DNA of 55,702 nt, filler included, from Sluysia triapertura (Eukaryota), in assembly GCA_046118255.1 (NCBI GenBank). It is 4 parts of 4 records of this genome, joined end to end, with 100 filler letters (N's around TTAATTAATTAA, not from the genome) between each part and the next. Parts side by side here need not be neighbours in the genome. Positions count along the whole stretch, not along the records: positions 13,188 to 28,916 come from JBJNIA010220690.1; 3 more parts are not named here. The stretch is one strand, 5' to 3'. Made by a program: the position numbers and the translations under genes. Shown in pieces: positions 13,601 to 26,226 of this stretch. The first letter of the stretch is position 1, and each line of letters begins with the position of its first letter. The notes beneath the pieces are model-generated. The model was not told the origin of the DNA. It worked only from the letters and a program-made list of their open reading frames with translations, and made no database searches.

Positions 13601-13926
13601 AATTATATTTATAAATAGTTTTATTTATAAAACTAATTATATCCTAGCAAATTATATTTCAGTTTTGTCACATTTATTTTTAAGATTTAGCACATGCATC
13701 AAAAAGTGTGCAATATATTCCAATTTTTATCTATAATACAAAGAAAATTATTTTATCTTAATTTAAAATGTATTTTAAATAGTTATACTTTATTTTGTTT
13801 TTATAATTGTTTTAATTCATTAATTTTTAATTCAATTACCTAATTGAATACGATAGTAAATATTTTTTTAATTATTCATTGATTATTAGGATAGCTATCA
13901 TATCGACGAGAACAATCCGCAGTTTT

Positions 13927-14104
13927 ATGAATTGTTTTATATTTTCAAGTACGTTTCCTTGATTTTATGCACCATTTACCATTAGATAAAAGGAAGAAAG
14001 CTGAACTATTTCAAAGAAACGAAGCTAAAGATTTTTGTATGCAGTTAAGTTGTCCGAATTCAGTTATAAAAATTAATAGAATAATTCTTTACAATGGATA
14101 TTAA
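13927..14104 (+). promoter_or_regulatory. Poor-context upstream ORF overlapping the eIF5 AUG out of frame, split by predicted 37-nt (13949-13985) and 36-nt (14044-14079) introns
   Basis: uATGs TTT-ATG-A (13927) and TGT-ATG-C (14039) share a frame after splicing: MNCFIFSNKRKKAELFQRNEAKDFCMQIILYNGY*, with stop TAA at 14102-14104 downstream of the main ATG at 14094. Confidence 0.72.
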
Positions 14105-15160
14105 TGTTAATAAAGTCAACGACAGTTTTTATCGATATAAAATGCCTAAGCTTGTTGCAAAAGTTGAAGGTAAAGGTAACGGTATTAAAACCGTTATAGT
14201 AAATATGTCTGATATTGCTAAATCGTTGTGCCGAAAGCCTTCATACCCTATAAAGTATTTTGGGTTTGAATTAGGAGCGCAGATAAAAATAGATGATAAG
14301 TTGGATCGTTATATTATTAATGGGTCACATGATGCTAATAAATTGCAGGATGTTTTGTTTGGGTTTATAAAAAAGTTTGTTCTTTGTCAAGCTTGTGAAA
14401 ATCCGGAAACTAGTTTGTACGTTAAGAAGCCTAATTTGTTTTATCGTTGTAAAGCCTGTGGATTTAGTGATGTTTTAGATCCGACACATCGCTTAACAGC
14501 TTATATTATTAAAAACCCACCAGAAAATGAATTTGAAGGAGCATTTATAGAAGGTGAATTGATCGAAACTTGTGAAATTAGCGATGATGGATTTTCTAAG
14601 GAGAACGATGATAATTTTGATGTGGACAAAATGAATTTAAATGAAACTTTAGTGGAAATTAAATCAAAATCAGTTGAATTTAAGCAATTTATTGAAGATT
14701 TATATAGTGCAGGTTCTATTATTCAGGAAAAATCTAAAATTGCTGATAAAGCTAGAAGTTTTGATATTGGCTCGGAATTTTTTTTAGTATTAATGGATGT
14801 TGTATTTTGTAATAGAGATACTATTTTGGAAGACGTTGTTCGGTATAAGAATTTGTTTTTATACTTTACTAGGCGTGGACAAGAGGATTTTGAAATGCAA
14901 CATATGCTCCTATTGGGTTTTGAAAAATTGATAGATGAACTCAATTTATTATCGAAGTCATGTCATTTTTTAAAATGCTTGTATGATAATGACATTGTTG
15001 AAGAAGATATGATTCATGAATGGTATAATGATAAAGTAGGGTATTTTTAAAATATTATTATTTATAGACTGCTAGTGGTTTTGGTAAGAAAATTAGAGCT
15101 GAATGTAAAAAAATGGTTGAGTGGTTAATGGAGGCTGAAGAAGAAAGCGATGAAGATTGA
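14094..15160 (+). CDS. EIF5: Eukaryotic translation initiation factor 5 (344 aa): exons 14094-15035 and 15068-15160, 32-nt intron
   Basis: N-terminal DSFYRYKMPKLVAKVEGKGNGIKTVIVNM with the GAP arginine, zinc ribbon CQACENPET...CKACG, and W2-domain AA boxes (LYDNDIVEEDMIHEW; VEWLMEAEEESDED after splicing GTAGGG...TTATAG at 15036-15067). Strong start context ACAATGG. Confidence 0.95.
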
Positions 15161-16375
15161 TCATTTTTAAATTTGGTTTATGTCATTGATGTGAAACTTC
15201 AATTTTTCATCTGTTTTTTTAAATTTAATTATATCTTGGTTTGAGACAAGTTATTACTACAATATTTTTTGTGAAAGTAGTATATATTGTATCAATTTGA
15301 AATTAAATAAGTCCTGAACTTTTATTTTAAGAACTAAAAATATATGCATTTTGTTAAAAATTTTCATTTGAGTCGAAATTAATGTTGCTGAAATTCGCAT
15401 TGATTAAGTAAACTACAACATCAGAATTTGTTTTAGTGATGCTTTAATAAAATTTATGCATAATTGAGATTTTGCCTAATTTTAAAATATAATGATACTA
15501 TAGTACGAACAAGTTGATTTTTCTTAGTATTCTGTTTAATGTTAGTACATAAGGTGATTATGTACACTAAAGTGTAATGATAGTATTTACTAATTTTGCT
15601 TTGTCTAAGGAAGCACATTTTCGATGGTAAGTTTAAGTAGTACTGGGGTTTTTTTATCGGTTAATCCCTGAATTTATTGAATACTAGAATACGCTTAAGT
15701 AAATTAAAAACTTTAATTTTATCACGTAAGTAAAAAACGTTGAAATTGATTCAGTAATTATTGTTAAAAGAATATTTAAATGTTGAATAAACACAAAAGA
15801 GTACAAAAACAACTGAACGTTGGCTTAAGCTTGGAAGTATTACAGTTTAAGTGAATATTTTTCTATTTAGAAAGAGATTAAATATTAAAAAATTAAGATA
15901 TATTATTAATCATTGAAAATGTCATTAAACGCTGAATATAAAAATTAATTTTTTAATGTTTGTGTTCGGTTTCTAACTACTCGAACAATTATAAAAATAG
16001 ATTTTAGAATTTGGGTCCGCCTACGCTAAACGGTTTACCTATAAGGACGTTCGCGTAGGATTTTAAAGCTTTGTCAAATAATAACTGAAGGTCAAAAGAA
16101 CTTTTCGTGCGTATAGGATTGATAGTTATAACTATGCTATTTACCTTTTTAATCCTTTAATGTATCTACTAAAATATACTCTCTACTTTTTCTCAAAGGT
16201 TAATAAATTATATTTTTTAACGGTAGGAACTCTTGTCTATGATAGTTTTAAGTTGCAACTATGTCTTAATGTCTTTGTGTACGTGATATCAATAACTGTA
16301 TTTTCTTTCTAATTAATAATTTCTCTTTAATGGTCAATAGACTAATTTACGTCTTTAAAAAATGTAAAAAGAAAC

Positions 16376-16512
16376 TTAATTATTCTTCAAATTTATAATG
16401 TTTTACTTTCAACCGTTGCTTTTATTACTAAATCTAAATAAAATATTAATTATTCTTCAAATTTATAATGCTTTACTTTCAATCGTTGCTTTTATTACTA
16501 AATCTAAATAAA
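16376..16512. repeat. Two-copy tandem duplication, period 70 bp
   Basis: TTAATTATTCTTCAAATTTATAATG...CTAAATCTAAATAAA at 16376 and 16446 with two substitutions. Confidence 0.9.
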
Positions 16513-16954
16513 CCCTTATTAACAAAACAAAATTCACTTGGGAAATTTTATTATTAAACTATGATACAATAATTTATCAAATACTAAAATAATAGGAATT
16601 TATGAATTAATACAACAACAATAAAATTCAAATAAATAATGTGGACGTATAGATCAAGAAAAATAGTAACTTCAATTAAATAATGTAACACAAAAAGCAA
16701 TGAAATTTAATTATAATAAAAATATAAATTTTAAATTTATAGTCTGATTTTAACCCAGAGGGTACCTTTGGGTTTCACTAAAATTGTATAAATGATTTTA
16801 AGTCTAGTTTAAGACCAAAAGAACAAGGTCAATAACTTAACAGTAAAATCTTACTTAATCAAATTTATCAATAAATTGTCCGTAAATTTCGTGAATGCCA
16901 CCGAAGATGATTGAACCAAATATTATCAATTCGAGTATATTACCAAATTACAGA

Positions 16955-17062
16955 TTTATAATTGCGAATTAAACAAAATCGAATATGTTATCAAGTTATA
17001 GAGTTATAATTGCGAATTAAACCAAATCGAATTTATAATTGCGAATTAAACCAGATCGAATT
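16955..17062. repeat. Three copies of a ~29-bp minisatellite unit
   Basis: TTATAATTGCGAATTAAAC(C/A)A(A/G)ATCGAAT three times. Confidence 0.85.
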
Positions 17063-17973
17063 TATTACCACGTTATGAATTAAAATTGTAGACGATCAAT
17101 TAACTCTTTTGTATCTGTATAACTTTTCGGAAATTAACTTTTAATCTTTCTACTTTGCGTCTATAAATTCTTGATTATAAATTCTAAAATGTCTTAATTT
17201 GTATTGAGCCTTATATACCTTTTTAGTCCTTTTATTTGATAAACTAATTACAATATAAATATCCGTTTTTCGATGCTAATTTCCTTTTTAAATAAATAAT
17301 TATTTATAAAAATTCATTTTTAGATAAAATATATGGTTTCCATTAAATGTTTATAATTATTACGATTAAATATTAATTTCCTTTTCATATAAATAATAAA
17401 CTAATTTCAATTTAATATACTAATTAAATTTGAAACTAAATTAATTTTTTTAAAAAATTTTTTCTTTTTTATAGAATAATATTATTTTTATACAATTATT
17501 TACAAATTTACAGACACATAATATTATAGATATTATTTACATTTTTATTCTCACATTTTACTGCAACACCGAACACATCCATCATTAATTACATCTTGTA
17601 GTAGCTGTCCTTCAACATCGATAGAAATATAAACATTAAATTTTACATATTTTAAGCACATTTCGAATTCAATCTTCTCTTCCTGAATTATTGTCAGAAT
17701 TGCGTTCCACCACAATCTGATCCCTCATTCCAGGAATCGTTATTCGTCAAAGTAGATATAAAATATAATTCAAATTCATAAGTAATGATAACCAACCAAA
17801 TATACGCTTTAAGTCTATACTGTATTTACATTAACGTACTAAAATGGTGCCATTTGAGAACAATATTTAAATATTATTAATATTATTTGTATTTGTTTTA
17901 TAAAATAAACATAGTTTGATAAAAATAACAACAAAAAAACAAGGCAAATAATAACAAAACTTTATTGTTATTA

Positions 17974-18132
17974 TTATTGTCTAATTTTCAGTAAACGATC
18001 ACAATGTTCGCGAATATTTGTATATTTAATTTGAAATTCTGATCCTACTTTGTCTGGATGAAATTTAGCACTTAATAATCGACATTTTTGACGTATTTCT
18101 TGTGTTGTAGCATTTTTTTGTAATTCCAAATA
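17974..18132 (-). CDS. Terminal exon of a DnaJ/J-domain protein with a C-terminal J domain
   Basis: YLELQKNATTQEIRQKCRLLSAKFHPDKVG has J-domain helices and the HPD motif; acceptor ATTCAG ends at 18133; the upstream part of the called ORF is an (ATT)n intronic tract. Confidence 0.7.
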   Translation of the reverse strand, partial: YLELQKNATTQEIRQKCRLLSAKFHPDKVGSEFQIKYTNIREHCDRLLKIRQ

Positions 18133-19498
18133 CTGAATTATTATAAATGAAATAATAATAATAATAATGGAAATATTAATGATAATAATCGTAATAAGGA
18201 ACAATGTCATTTATGAGTGATATATTTAAATAACGTGTAGGGAAGACCGAATATATTTTAAAATTAATAAAGGTACACTTCTTAATTAACTTAATTAAAA
18301 TACGTTTTGTAAAAAATAAAGTGATAATTTATAGATATATTAGTCTTGCCATATAAATTAAGGGCGATAACGTATGTAATTATTATTTAAATTAATTCTA
18401 AGTAATTAAGTAATATAAATTAATTGAATAAACTCAATCATATTTTAATAAATAAATTAATGATAATAATTAATTAAAAAACAATGTTTTAATTATAAAA
18501 ATAAATAATAGATAATAATAATTATTATTATAATTATAATAATTATAATGCAATATCACACCATTTGTTTATTAAGAAATATTGCAGATATAGCCAGTTT
18601 AATTCTCAAAAAAATTTTTATAAGTATAATTCACTTATTGATTGGAGAATTTTTGTTAGGTTGTCATCACTGTAGTGTTTAACTCATTCATAAACTCATT
18701 CCAACTACAAATCTTCCACACACAGTACAGCTTTACCACACTTTTCACACAGGTCAACACCTAAAATATAATATACTTTAGACATATTACGTACCTTAAA
18801 TATATTATATTAATAAACCTTATCTAAAATATAACGTAATACATTTGAATTACAATAATTTATCGCATAGCACTATATTAATTCCTTGAGATCGCCTCTT
18901 CCAACTGTACCAACTTTATGTGAATTTTCATTATCATTATTATTATTATTGATTTTTTAATCTTTCTTGCAAATTAATAGTAAACTGCTTTCCAATATTA
19001 AAATAAAGAGTTGCAAAGTTATGCTATAAAATGGAAAATAAAATTTATTAGCTTTTACAAGAAAAATTACAGACATCATGTAACTTTGACTGACCGTAGA
19101 TGCTCATGAATTAAAAAGCTTATAACAATAACGTGGATATTTGAAGGACTACGAATGTACTTATTATTACACGTATAGGCAGTATTTTTATTTGTTTGTA
19201 TATAAATGTAAATAAATATTGTGTATATATTTTTAAATATTAAATTAAGTCATTATTCTAGTTAACAGAGTTTAAACTGAAATATAGAAATATAAGCTAA
19301 AACATCAATAAATTATTTGAGATAATTTAAAAACTTATCAGAAATCTACTAATATTTAATTCATTTTGTTTAATAAATTATCATGAATGACACATAATTT
19401 TATTGTTGAGTATTGTAATTAATATATTTGTTTTATTTAAATAAATTTGAGACTATTTTTAAAATTTGTACTTACATAATATACTTTGTGTGTAAAAT

Positions 19499-20800
19499 AT
19501 GACTTCTGTAACTGAGGAAGAAGTTATTGGTATAGTGAGTTCACTGTCAGAAATGAAATTTAATTTAATCAGTTACTTAAAAGATCGTTATGAAAATTAT
19601 ATTGATATAAACACCGATATTAGATGTATTAGAATGGAATTTGACAAATTTTCTGATGATGAGAAAGTAGAAGATGTTAAAATAGAAAACAATAGAGTTG
19701 ATCAAGAACATGAAAAATTTCAAGTTCAATTGCAAGGCTTGTTGAAAATGAAAAATTTTATTGGAAAATTTGTTTAGTATTCATCAGAAAATTGAGTCCT
19801 TAAATCACACAATTCAAACTAATTTATCATTAGATGAAGATATACTTATCAATTCGAAGCAGGATTTGGAATACTTATCAACTACTTTAGACGGATTCAA
19901 AATGGAGAATTTATCATTATTTTATACGTTACTTCAAACTGCCAGCAATTTGAAAACTAATTTGAATGTACAAGTTCAAAATTTATGTATTGAAGTTATT
20001 CGCTGTCTTTCAGTTAATGTTGGACAATTAGCAAATGAATATTCAAGTGCCTTTTAGTACAATTGATGCTTTGATAAATATATTAAAATGCTTGAATCAT
20101 AATCATTTATTTGCAAATGGAATTGTGAAATTGTCAGCCGATAACGTAATTTATACAGCTTTACGTGCAATAATATCGACATGGAAACCATTACTTCAGA
20201 CTGGAAGAGATTCTAATACTCAGTATAATGAAGAAAAGAGCGTTGAATTATGCTTCAAATTACGAATGATTTTTCGAAATAATAAAGCCGAATTAGATGA
20301 CACGGTTGTGGTAAAAAATGTGAATTTAAAAAAAGATTTTTTACTTACGTTTAAAAGCGCAGTGGAATCATTACATATTTTATTAAAAGATAATATTTTA
20401 GAGTCCTTTTTAATGGAAGAATTTAATGAAAAATTAACAAAATCAATTATTGATGTTATTTTGGAACCTTTGTCTGAATCCGGATCATTATTGAAATTTA
20501 TTTACGATTTAGATCAAGTTTTAAAGCAATGTAAATGGATTAGTGACGAAAACAATGATTTATTAGATATTGTAAATAATCTTTATCAATTAACATTAGA
20601 AAGTCAATCAATTTTACTATTAGAACTAGCTCGACAACATTTTGTAAAAACTGGCTGTTTGTTGATTTGTAAGTCAATGGTAGATATAAAGAATGATCCT
20701 ATCTTTGAAACTGGTTTTGAAGAACTTAGGTTTGAATGTACGGATTCTTTAAATGATTCAAAAGATGTAAAGATGCATACACATATACTTAATGTTTCAA
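19499..20800 (+). pseudogene. ZW10-like kinetochore/NRZ protein, N-terminal to middle part, two +1 frame breaks and 3' truncation
   Basis: Three overlapping ORFs (19499, 19761, 20035). SSLSEMKFNLISYLKDRYENYI resembles ZW10 N-terminal VEEIKGEVCNMISKKYSEF, and QSILLLELARQHF resembles the ZW10 middle-domain CQDVIVAARNLM. By-eye similarity only. Confidence 0.5.
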
Positions 20801-20803
20801 TGA

Positions 20804-21230
20804 TTGAATCAAGCGTCAATACTTGTTTATCGAATTTTTCTTGGCTTTAATCAGATGCATCCACGCTGTCACTTACATTCAGATTCAAAGCCTGAAAATA
20901 CGTTGGTTGAAAATTCAATTACTCGAAAAATTAAAATTATCCATTTCGGCTTAGCTAAAAAAATCGTTGAAAAGGACGTTTTTGCTTTACAGCTCCCGAA
21001 GTTATCAATCTTGAACTTTTGTCCTACCGTACAGATATGTGGCCAACCGGAATTACAATCTCCTTAACGTTAACTGGTCACAACCCATTTGATGCAGGTA
21101 GTGAAAACGATATTCATGGTAATATACTTCGATGTAATATTGATTATACTGACGAAAGATTCGTTCGTTCGAGCAACGTGTCTAAGGATTTCAAAAAAAC
21201 ACTATTAACTAAAAAAATTAATGACTTGGA
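20804..21230 (+). pseudogene. Degenerate CAMK-group (MLCK/DAPK/titin-like) kinase fragment, subdomains VI-XI
   Basis: HLHSDSKPENTLV (cf. HLDLKPEN), IKIIHFGLAKK (DFG changed to HFG), frameshift into TAPEVINLELLSYRTDMWPTG..LTGHNPF..SKDF; no N-lobe. Confidence 0.78.
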
Positions 21231-21539
21231 TTTGATGGGAATGCGTGGTGTTTGTAATCTTAAATTTAAATATATTAATGTATGTTATTGCGTTTTCTTA
21301 CGTTTCTTCATTTATAAATTTAATCTACAATGTTGTTATAACTATAAAGACCTTAAGTCCATTTTTCTTAATTTTAAATTTGTGTATATTAAATTTAAAC
21401 GCAATAAAAATATTATTCGGCCATCAGATCTATTACAACTTTTTGAGTAAAATTATTCTTTTAAAATCTATTACAGTTGTAAAGAGATAATTTTTCAATA
21501 AAATTATTCGGTAATCAACTTAGTTTGTTTTATTTAAAA

Positions 21540-24200
21540 TCCATGATAATTTAATCATACCGTAAAAAGGCTGATTTAACCTTTAAATTATTTGAACATT
21601 TGACAGACCGTAAAAAGGCTGTCTCAATGTATAAATAAGGTTATTGACCTCAATTATTTCGCATTTCTATTATTAACTTTAACTATTCTACATTCCTATT
21701 ACACACCATTTTTGCATTGCTACCAGTTGATTTCGCTATAATTGTGACTATTTTTAACAGTTAATTTCTTTGCATTACTCATAAGTCTAATTAGACCGTC
21801 GTCAGCTAGTGACATAAATCGTCTCTAATTAGTCGTACTCTCCTCCGGACATTTTTTGACAATTTTGCCAAATAGGTTTCCTTTAAGACATAACCTTTGC
21901 ACAAGATTTGAAACTCGACAGACCAGTTTCTATGGTTATGCTAGTATGTTACCAAGGAGATATGCGCAAGCTCTGATGATTGGAGAAGAATAATCTACAA
22001 AACAAATCACATTCTTTATCAGAACCTAACAGTTCAATGCAATCATCTCGCCCCAAATCATTACACTATCTATAAATACTATCATAGTGAACAGCCAATG
22101 TCTACATATCAATATCAAAATCATCCCGACGAGTCACTATCACTTGAATCGTCAGAAGATAATGATGAAGATAAGGATGAAGAAATAGAATAGAATTTCT
22201 GAAATGTCTATTAATCAAGAAACTAGTCAAGATGAACCGCTCATAAATAAGAATGTTTTATTACAAACGATTCACAATCAGAACAAAGTACAAAAACAAA
22301 AATTACGTCAAATTTGTGGCATTGATGTCGATGTACCTCTTTCATTTCCGGATATTTGTTTTGACAATAATGAAGAAGTAACAACACAAACTAAGTACTC
22401 GTATATCAGGAACTAAACCGAAACGTTCTTCAACAAGTCGAATTAATTCCAACAGCAATACTACAAATAATTATGATGAACTTTATGATCCAACGGAAAA
22501 TCCACTAGGTCTCAATGAAAATTGTATTACTTCATCTAACATTAAACGTGCTTATGAATCCACTACCGATAACAATACTAATAATCATTTCAAAAGATCG
22601 AGCTCTAAAACGCCAAAAGATGATTCCAGTTCTAATTATTCGTCTGCATCTGCTCGGAAAAAGTCAAAAAGGGAAGAAAAGGATAAATTAAATAGTAAAT
22701 TGTTGGAATTGTTTTCAAAAATCATATGTATTTAAAAAATTAAATCCTACTTTATTAAAGATACTTTGCAATTATAGAGAAGTGGAACGTTATAATAATA
22801 TCATCTTTCAACAAAATTACCTTTATCCTAACAGTCCAGAGTTTTCTTTATATCAGCAAAACCATCCTAGAAGACTCCCGCCTACATATTCAAACAAATA
22901 TAACAGTTTATATCTAATTATTATGATAATCAATATCAGCAGTATTCAAGTCGCAAACAACCACTATTATCATCAATATTCCAGAAATTTTTTACGAATA
23001 CTCTAATAATAATAATAATATAAACAATTATCGTCAGCATAACGATAATTTTGAAAGTATGTATTCCAGTCATAATCAGTTTTATCACCTTCAAAATAGT
23101 AACATTGGTTCTGGTTCTCATAAATCACAATCGAATGAATTTTATTATAAATAGATAAAATAATGTTTTACAAGATTTATTTTTTGGTTTTTCGGTATTT
23201 CTGTTTCAGAAATTTTCTTTTCATGAGAATGTATGTAAAACCTTTATTAATTTGTTTGACAGTTCAAACATCATTTTGAAACATTAAATTTATTTGCCTT
23301 TTATAAACTGTTTATAAATCATTGTCACTTGTAAATATAATCATTAGATCCAATTTTAGCATAAATGTCTTAAATTATTTAATAAAAAAATCAATTTTTG
23401 TACTTCTATGACATGTTAAAAACAGCAAATGCTGTATGTCTCGTGTTTATTGTTGTATTTCGAAATTTGTATTATTCAACATGTGGAGGTGCAGACCTTA
23501 TTTGTGCTAATTTAGGATCGAATGATTTAAATCAAGTCTACAACAGTTCTCCAAGAGCTATTAGAGTTTTTATGGCAAATTATTCGTATACAAGATATAA
23601 ACTCTCACTTACGTCCAGAAATTTTCGAATTGAAAAAATCTGGTGAAAATACTGATAATGTTAAAGAATTATTACCAGATGACATATTAATGAGATGTGT
23701 TAATTTTCATTTAGAAAAAGTGGTTTGAGGCACATGATAAAGGGTTTTGATGATGATTTCGAAGATTATATTATTTATGCTCATTTGACGTACCGAATTG
23801 CTCCTAAAGAACTAAAAAATACAATTATTAAGCCTGGTACCATAAATAAAGAAAAATTTTCTGAAAACCGATGTTCAAAAATTATAGAAAATATAAAACT
23901 TTTAAATGTAGGTACATTTTTAACTGAAGATGATTTTCTTAATGATGCTTATAGAAAAGAAACATCAATTAAACTTCATTATAGTGGTGTAAGTACATTT
24001 ATATGTTTTCTCTCAATATTTTATTGTATTACTAAACTGTTAAATTTTGTTGTTATTTGTTTAAAATTGTTATTTTTTAAAGGCCTTAAACCTAGTTTAT
24101 TAATTAATAAGTTTATCATTGTTTTGACTGTTTTAATGTTGAAATTTAATTGTTTTATATTAAAGAAATGTTTAACTTTTTTTAATATAAATTTAAAATA
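21540..24200 (+). mobile_element. Unclassified element: family B head followed by a decayed ORF with low-complexity region and SGNH-hydrolase-like motif
   Basis: Tandem ACCGTAAAAAGGCTG motifs then TATAAATA; broken acidic/N-rich frames 21900-23150; ADLICANLGSNDL fits the SGNH block III GxND pattern. Confidence 0.45.
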
Positions 24201-26041
24201 AATAAAAATAACTATAATTTATTAATAGTAAAATATAAAAAGCCCTCTATCATAAATTTTAATAAAAAATAACTATTTTGCTTTAATCGACACACATTGT
24301 CAATTATCGTGCCTTCACAGCAGAAAATTTCTTTTAAAATATTGTCTTCACAATTATCCCACGAGTATTTATTTTACAAGTCTTCGAGATTCTTCAAAAC
24401 CAATGGAAACTTAATTCTTCAACGATAACAATACATTTAATAGTCACGTTAGACAATTTTATTATAGGATTAGCTAAATTTAATAGACGCAAAAAATCTT
24501 TGTAATATCTTTCCCTTCAACCATTTAACGAGTTGCAATAAAATACAAATAAAATACATTCATTTTTAAATACAAATAAAATGAACAATTAATACTCCAA
24601 TTGTAATTGTAGTAAATTGTATATTATTTTTATTATATTTTTATAACTTTGTTGAGTATTTGATTTTTGTCATAATATATTTATTTAACTTATACGGATT
24701 ATTCTATTCCATCGTTTTCGAAGATCTAAAAAATTACATAGTTATAAAATCAAATTAAAATCACCGACAATTAAGAATATTTTAGCAATAATAATAAAAT
24801 CAAAAAATTGCAGATTAATCTTCGGAGATCTGACGAAAATTATATAGTTTTAATCTGTCACTGCAAGAAGACAGAAACTAAATTATGACACCACTGCAAT
24901 AACTCTTTAAGCTAGACTAGCAACGTTCTTTGTTATAACCTCCAAATAACTATTTTATACGCCACTTACGTATTACCTCTTAAGTAAGCCTAATATCGTA
25001 AGGGATTCACGTAAAATCTATATAAATAAATAAAATCTTTGCATTATCATTATGATTTCTTATCATTATTTTCACACTTAATCTTCTTTTTATTCTTTTT
25101 GTTTGTATGAATTTGTATATATTTATGTATGTGTTGTTATTATCCACATTTTATTGCTTCTAACTTTCTTTATTCAACTTTCTCGTGTTGAAATTATTGA
25201 ATATATTATTCACGTATAACGATAACACAATTTGCTACTATTACAATTACTACACCATTATTGCTGCTGCTACATTATTATAAAATGTTGGTAAATAACT
25301 ACACTTTCAAAATTTTGACAATTCTTTATTATTATCAATATTATTACAAAGATTATTATTTTTTTGTGTTTTTTACATTCAATTTTTAATTAAATTTTAG
25401 TTACTTAAAATAATGAGTAACTAAAATTTCATTAAAAAATGTCTATTATTATTGCTACTGTAACATAATATTTATTAAATTCTGAGGTAACGCAAATTCC
25501 ATTTAAAATAAAAATCGTTTTAAAGTAAAATTAAAATCATTTTCATTAAGACTATAATGCCTTTCATCAATTTAAAATGAGATTTAATAGAGTTAATATA
25601 AATTCAAAATTTAATAGCAAAATACAGTGAGATTCTATATTAAAATTATTTGAATATGAATGTAAAATTATTAAGTAATCAAAAATTAAATTAACCTTAA
25701 AATTGAAATTTAATAAAACATGGAAGGCAATGAATATCATTTATTATTGTACTAGTTTTACTATCATTATTATTATTACTGTCACTATTATACTGCACTA
25801 CTCTTTATGATAGAAAGCAATTAATATTATTATACTCGCTGTAAATAAAGAATATACACACTATGATTGCTATTATACGTGTGTTATTAAATTACTACAT
25901 ATACTATTACTACTATATACGTTTTAAACTTTTAGAGAGTCATTTACTATATTGATAATTATTTAACATTTATAATATTGGAAATGATATTATCATTTAT
26001 TAATTCATTTCGTTTATTATTAGCGTAACATTATAATTGAC

Positions 26042-26226
26042 TCTGGCTCTGAACCATTAGACCATACAGTGGGAAAAATAAGGGTTGTCTTACATTTTCA
26101 ATAAACAATGCATACCACCTCGTTTTTAGTAGTAATCGATTCATCACCGTATCTGGCTCTGATCCATTAGACCATAGAGTGAGATAGATAAGAGTTGTCT
26201 TACATTTTCAATAAACAAAACATACC
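26042..26226. repeat. Two-copy direct repeat (~75 bp, period 110)
   Basis: TCTGGCTCTGA.CCATTAGACCATA.AGTG...GTTGTCTTACATTTTCAATAAACAA..CATACC at 26042 and 26152. Confidence 0.88.

Noticed and set aside
16955-17062. Spaced ~29-bp repeats resembling a CRISPR array
   Set aside because: Eukaryotic context, irregular or absent spacers, no cas genes; a minisatellite.
17550-17853. Possible small multi-exon gene on the - strand downstream of the J-domain exon (MAPF..., 33- and 37-nt intron candidates)
   Set aside because: A continuous frame needs a poor acceptor and gives no recognisable protein.
18660-18930. Cys motif DLCEKCGKAVLC on the - strand
   Set aside because: Too short and broken to distinguish a LIM domain from a piggyBac Cys-rich tail.
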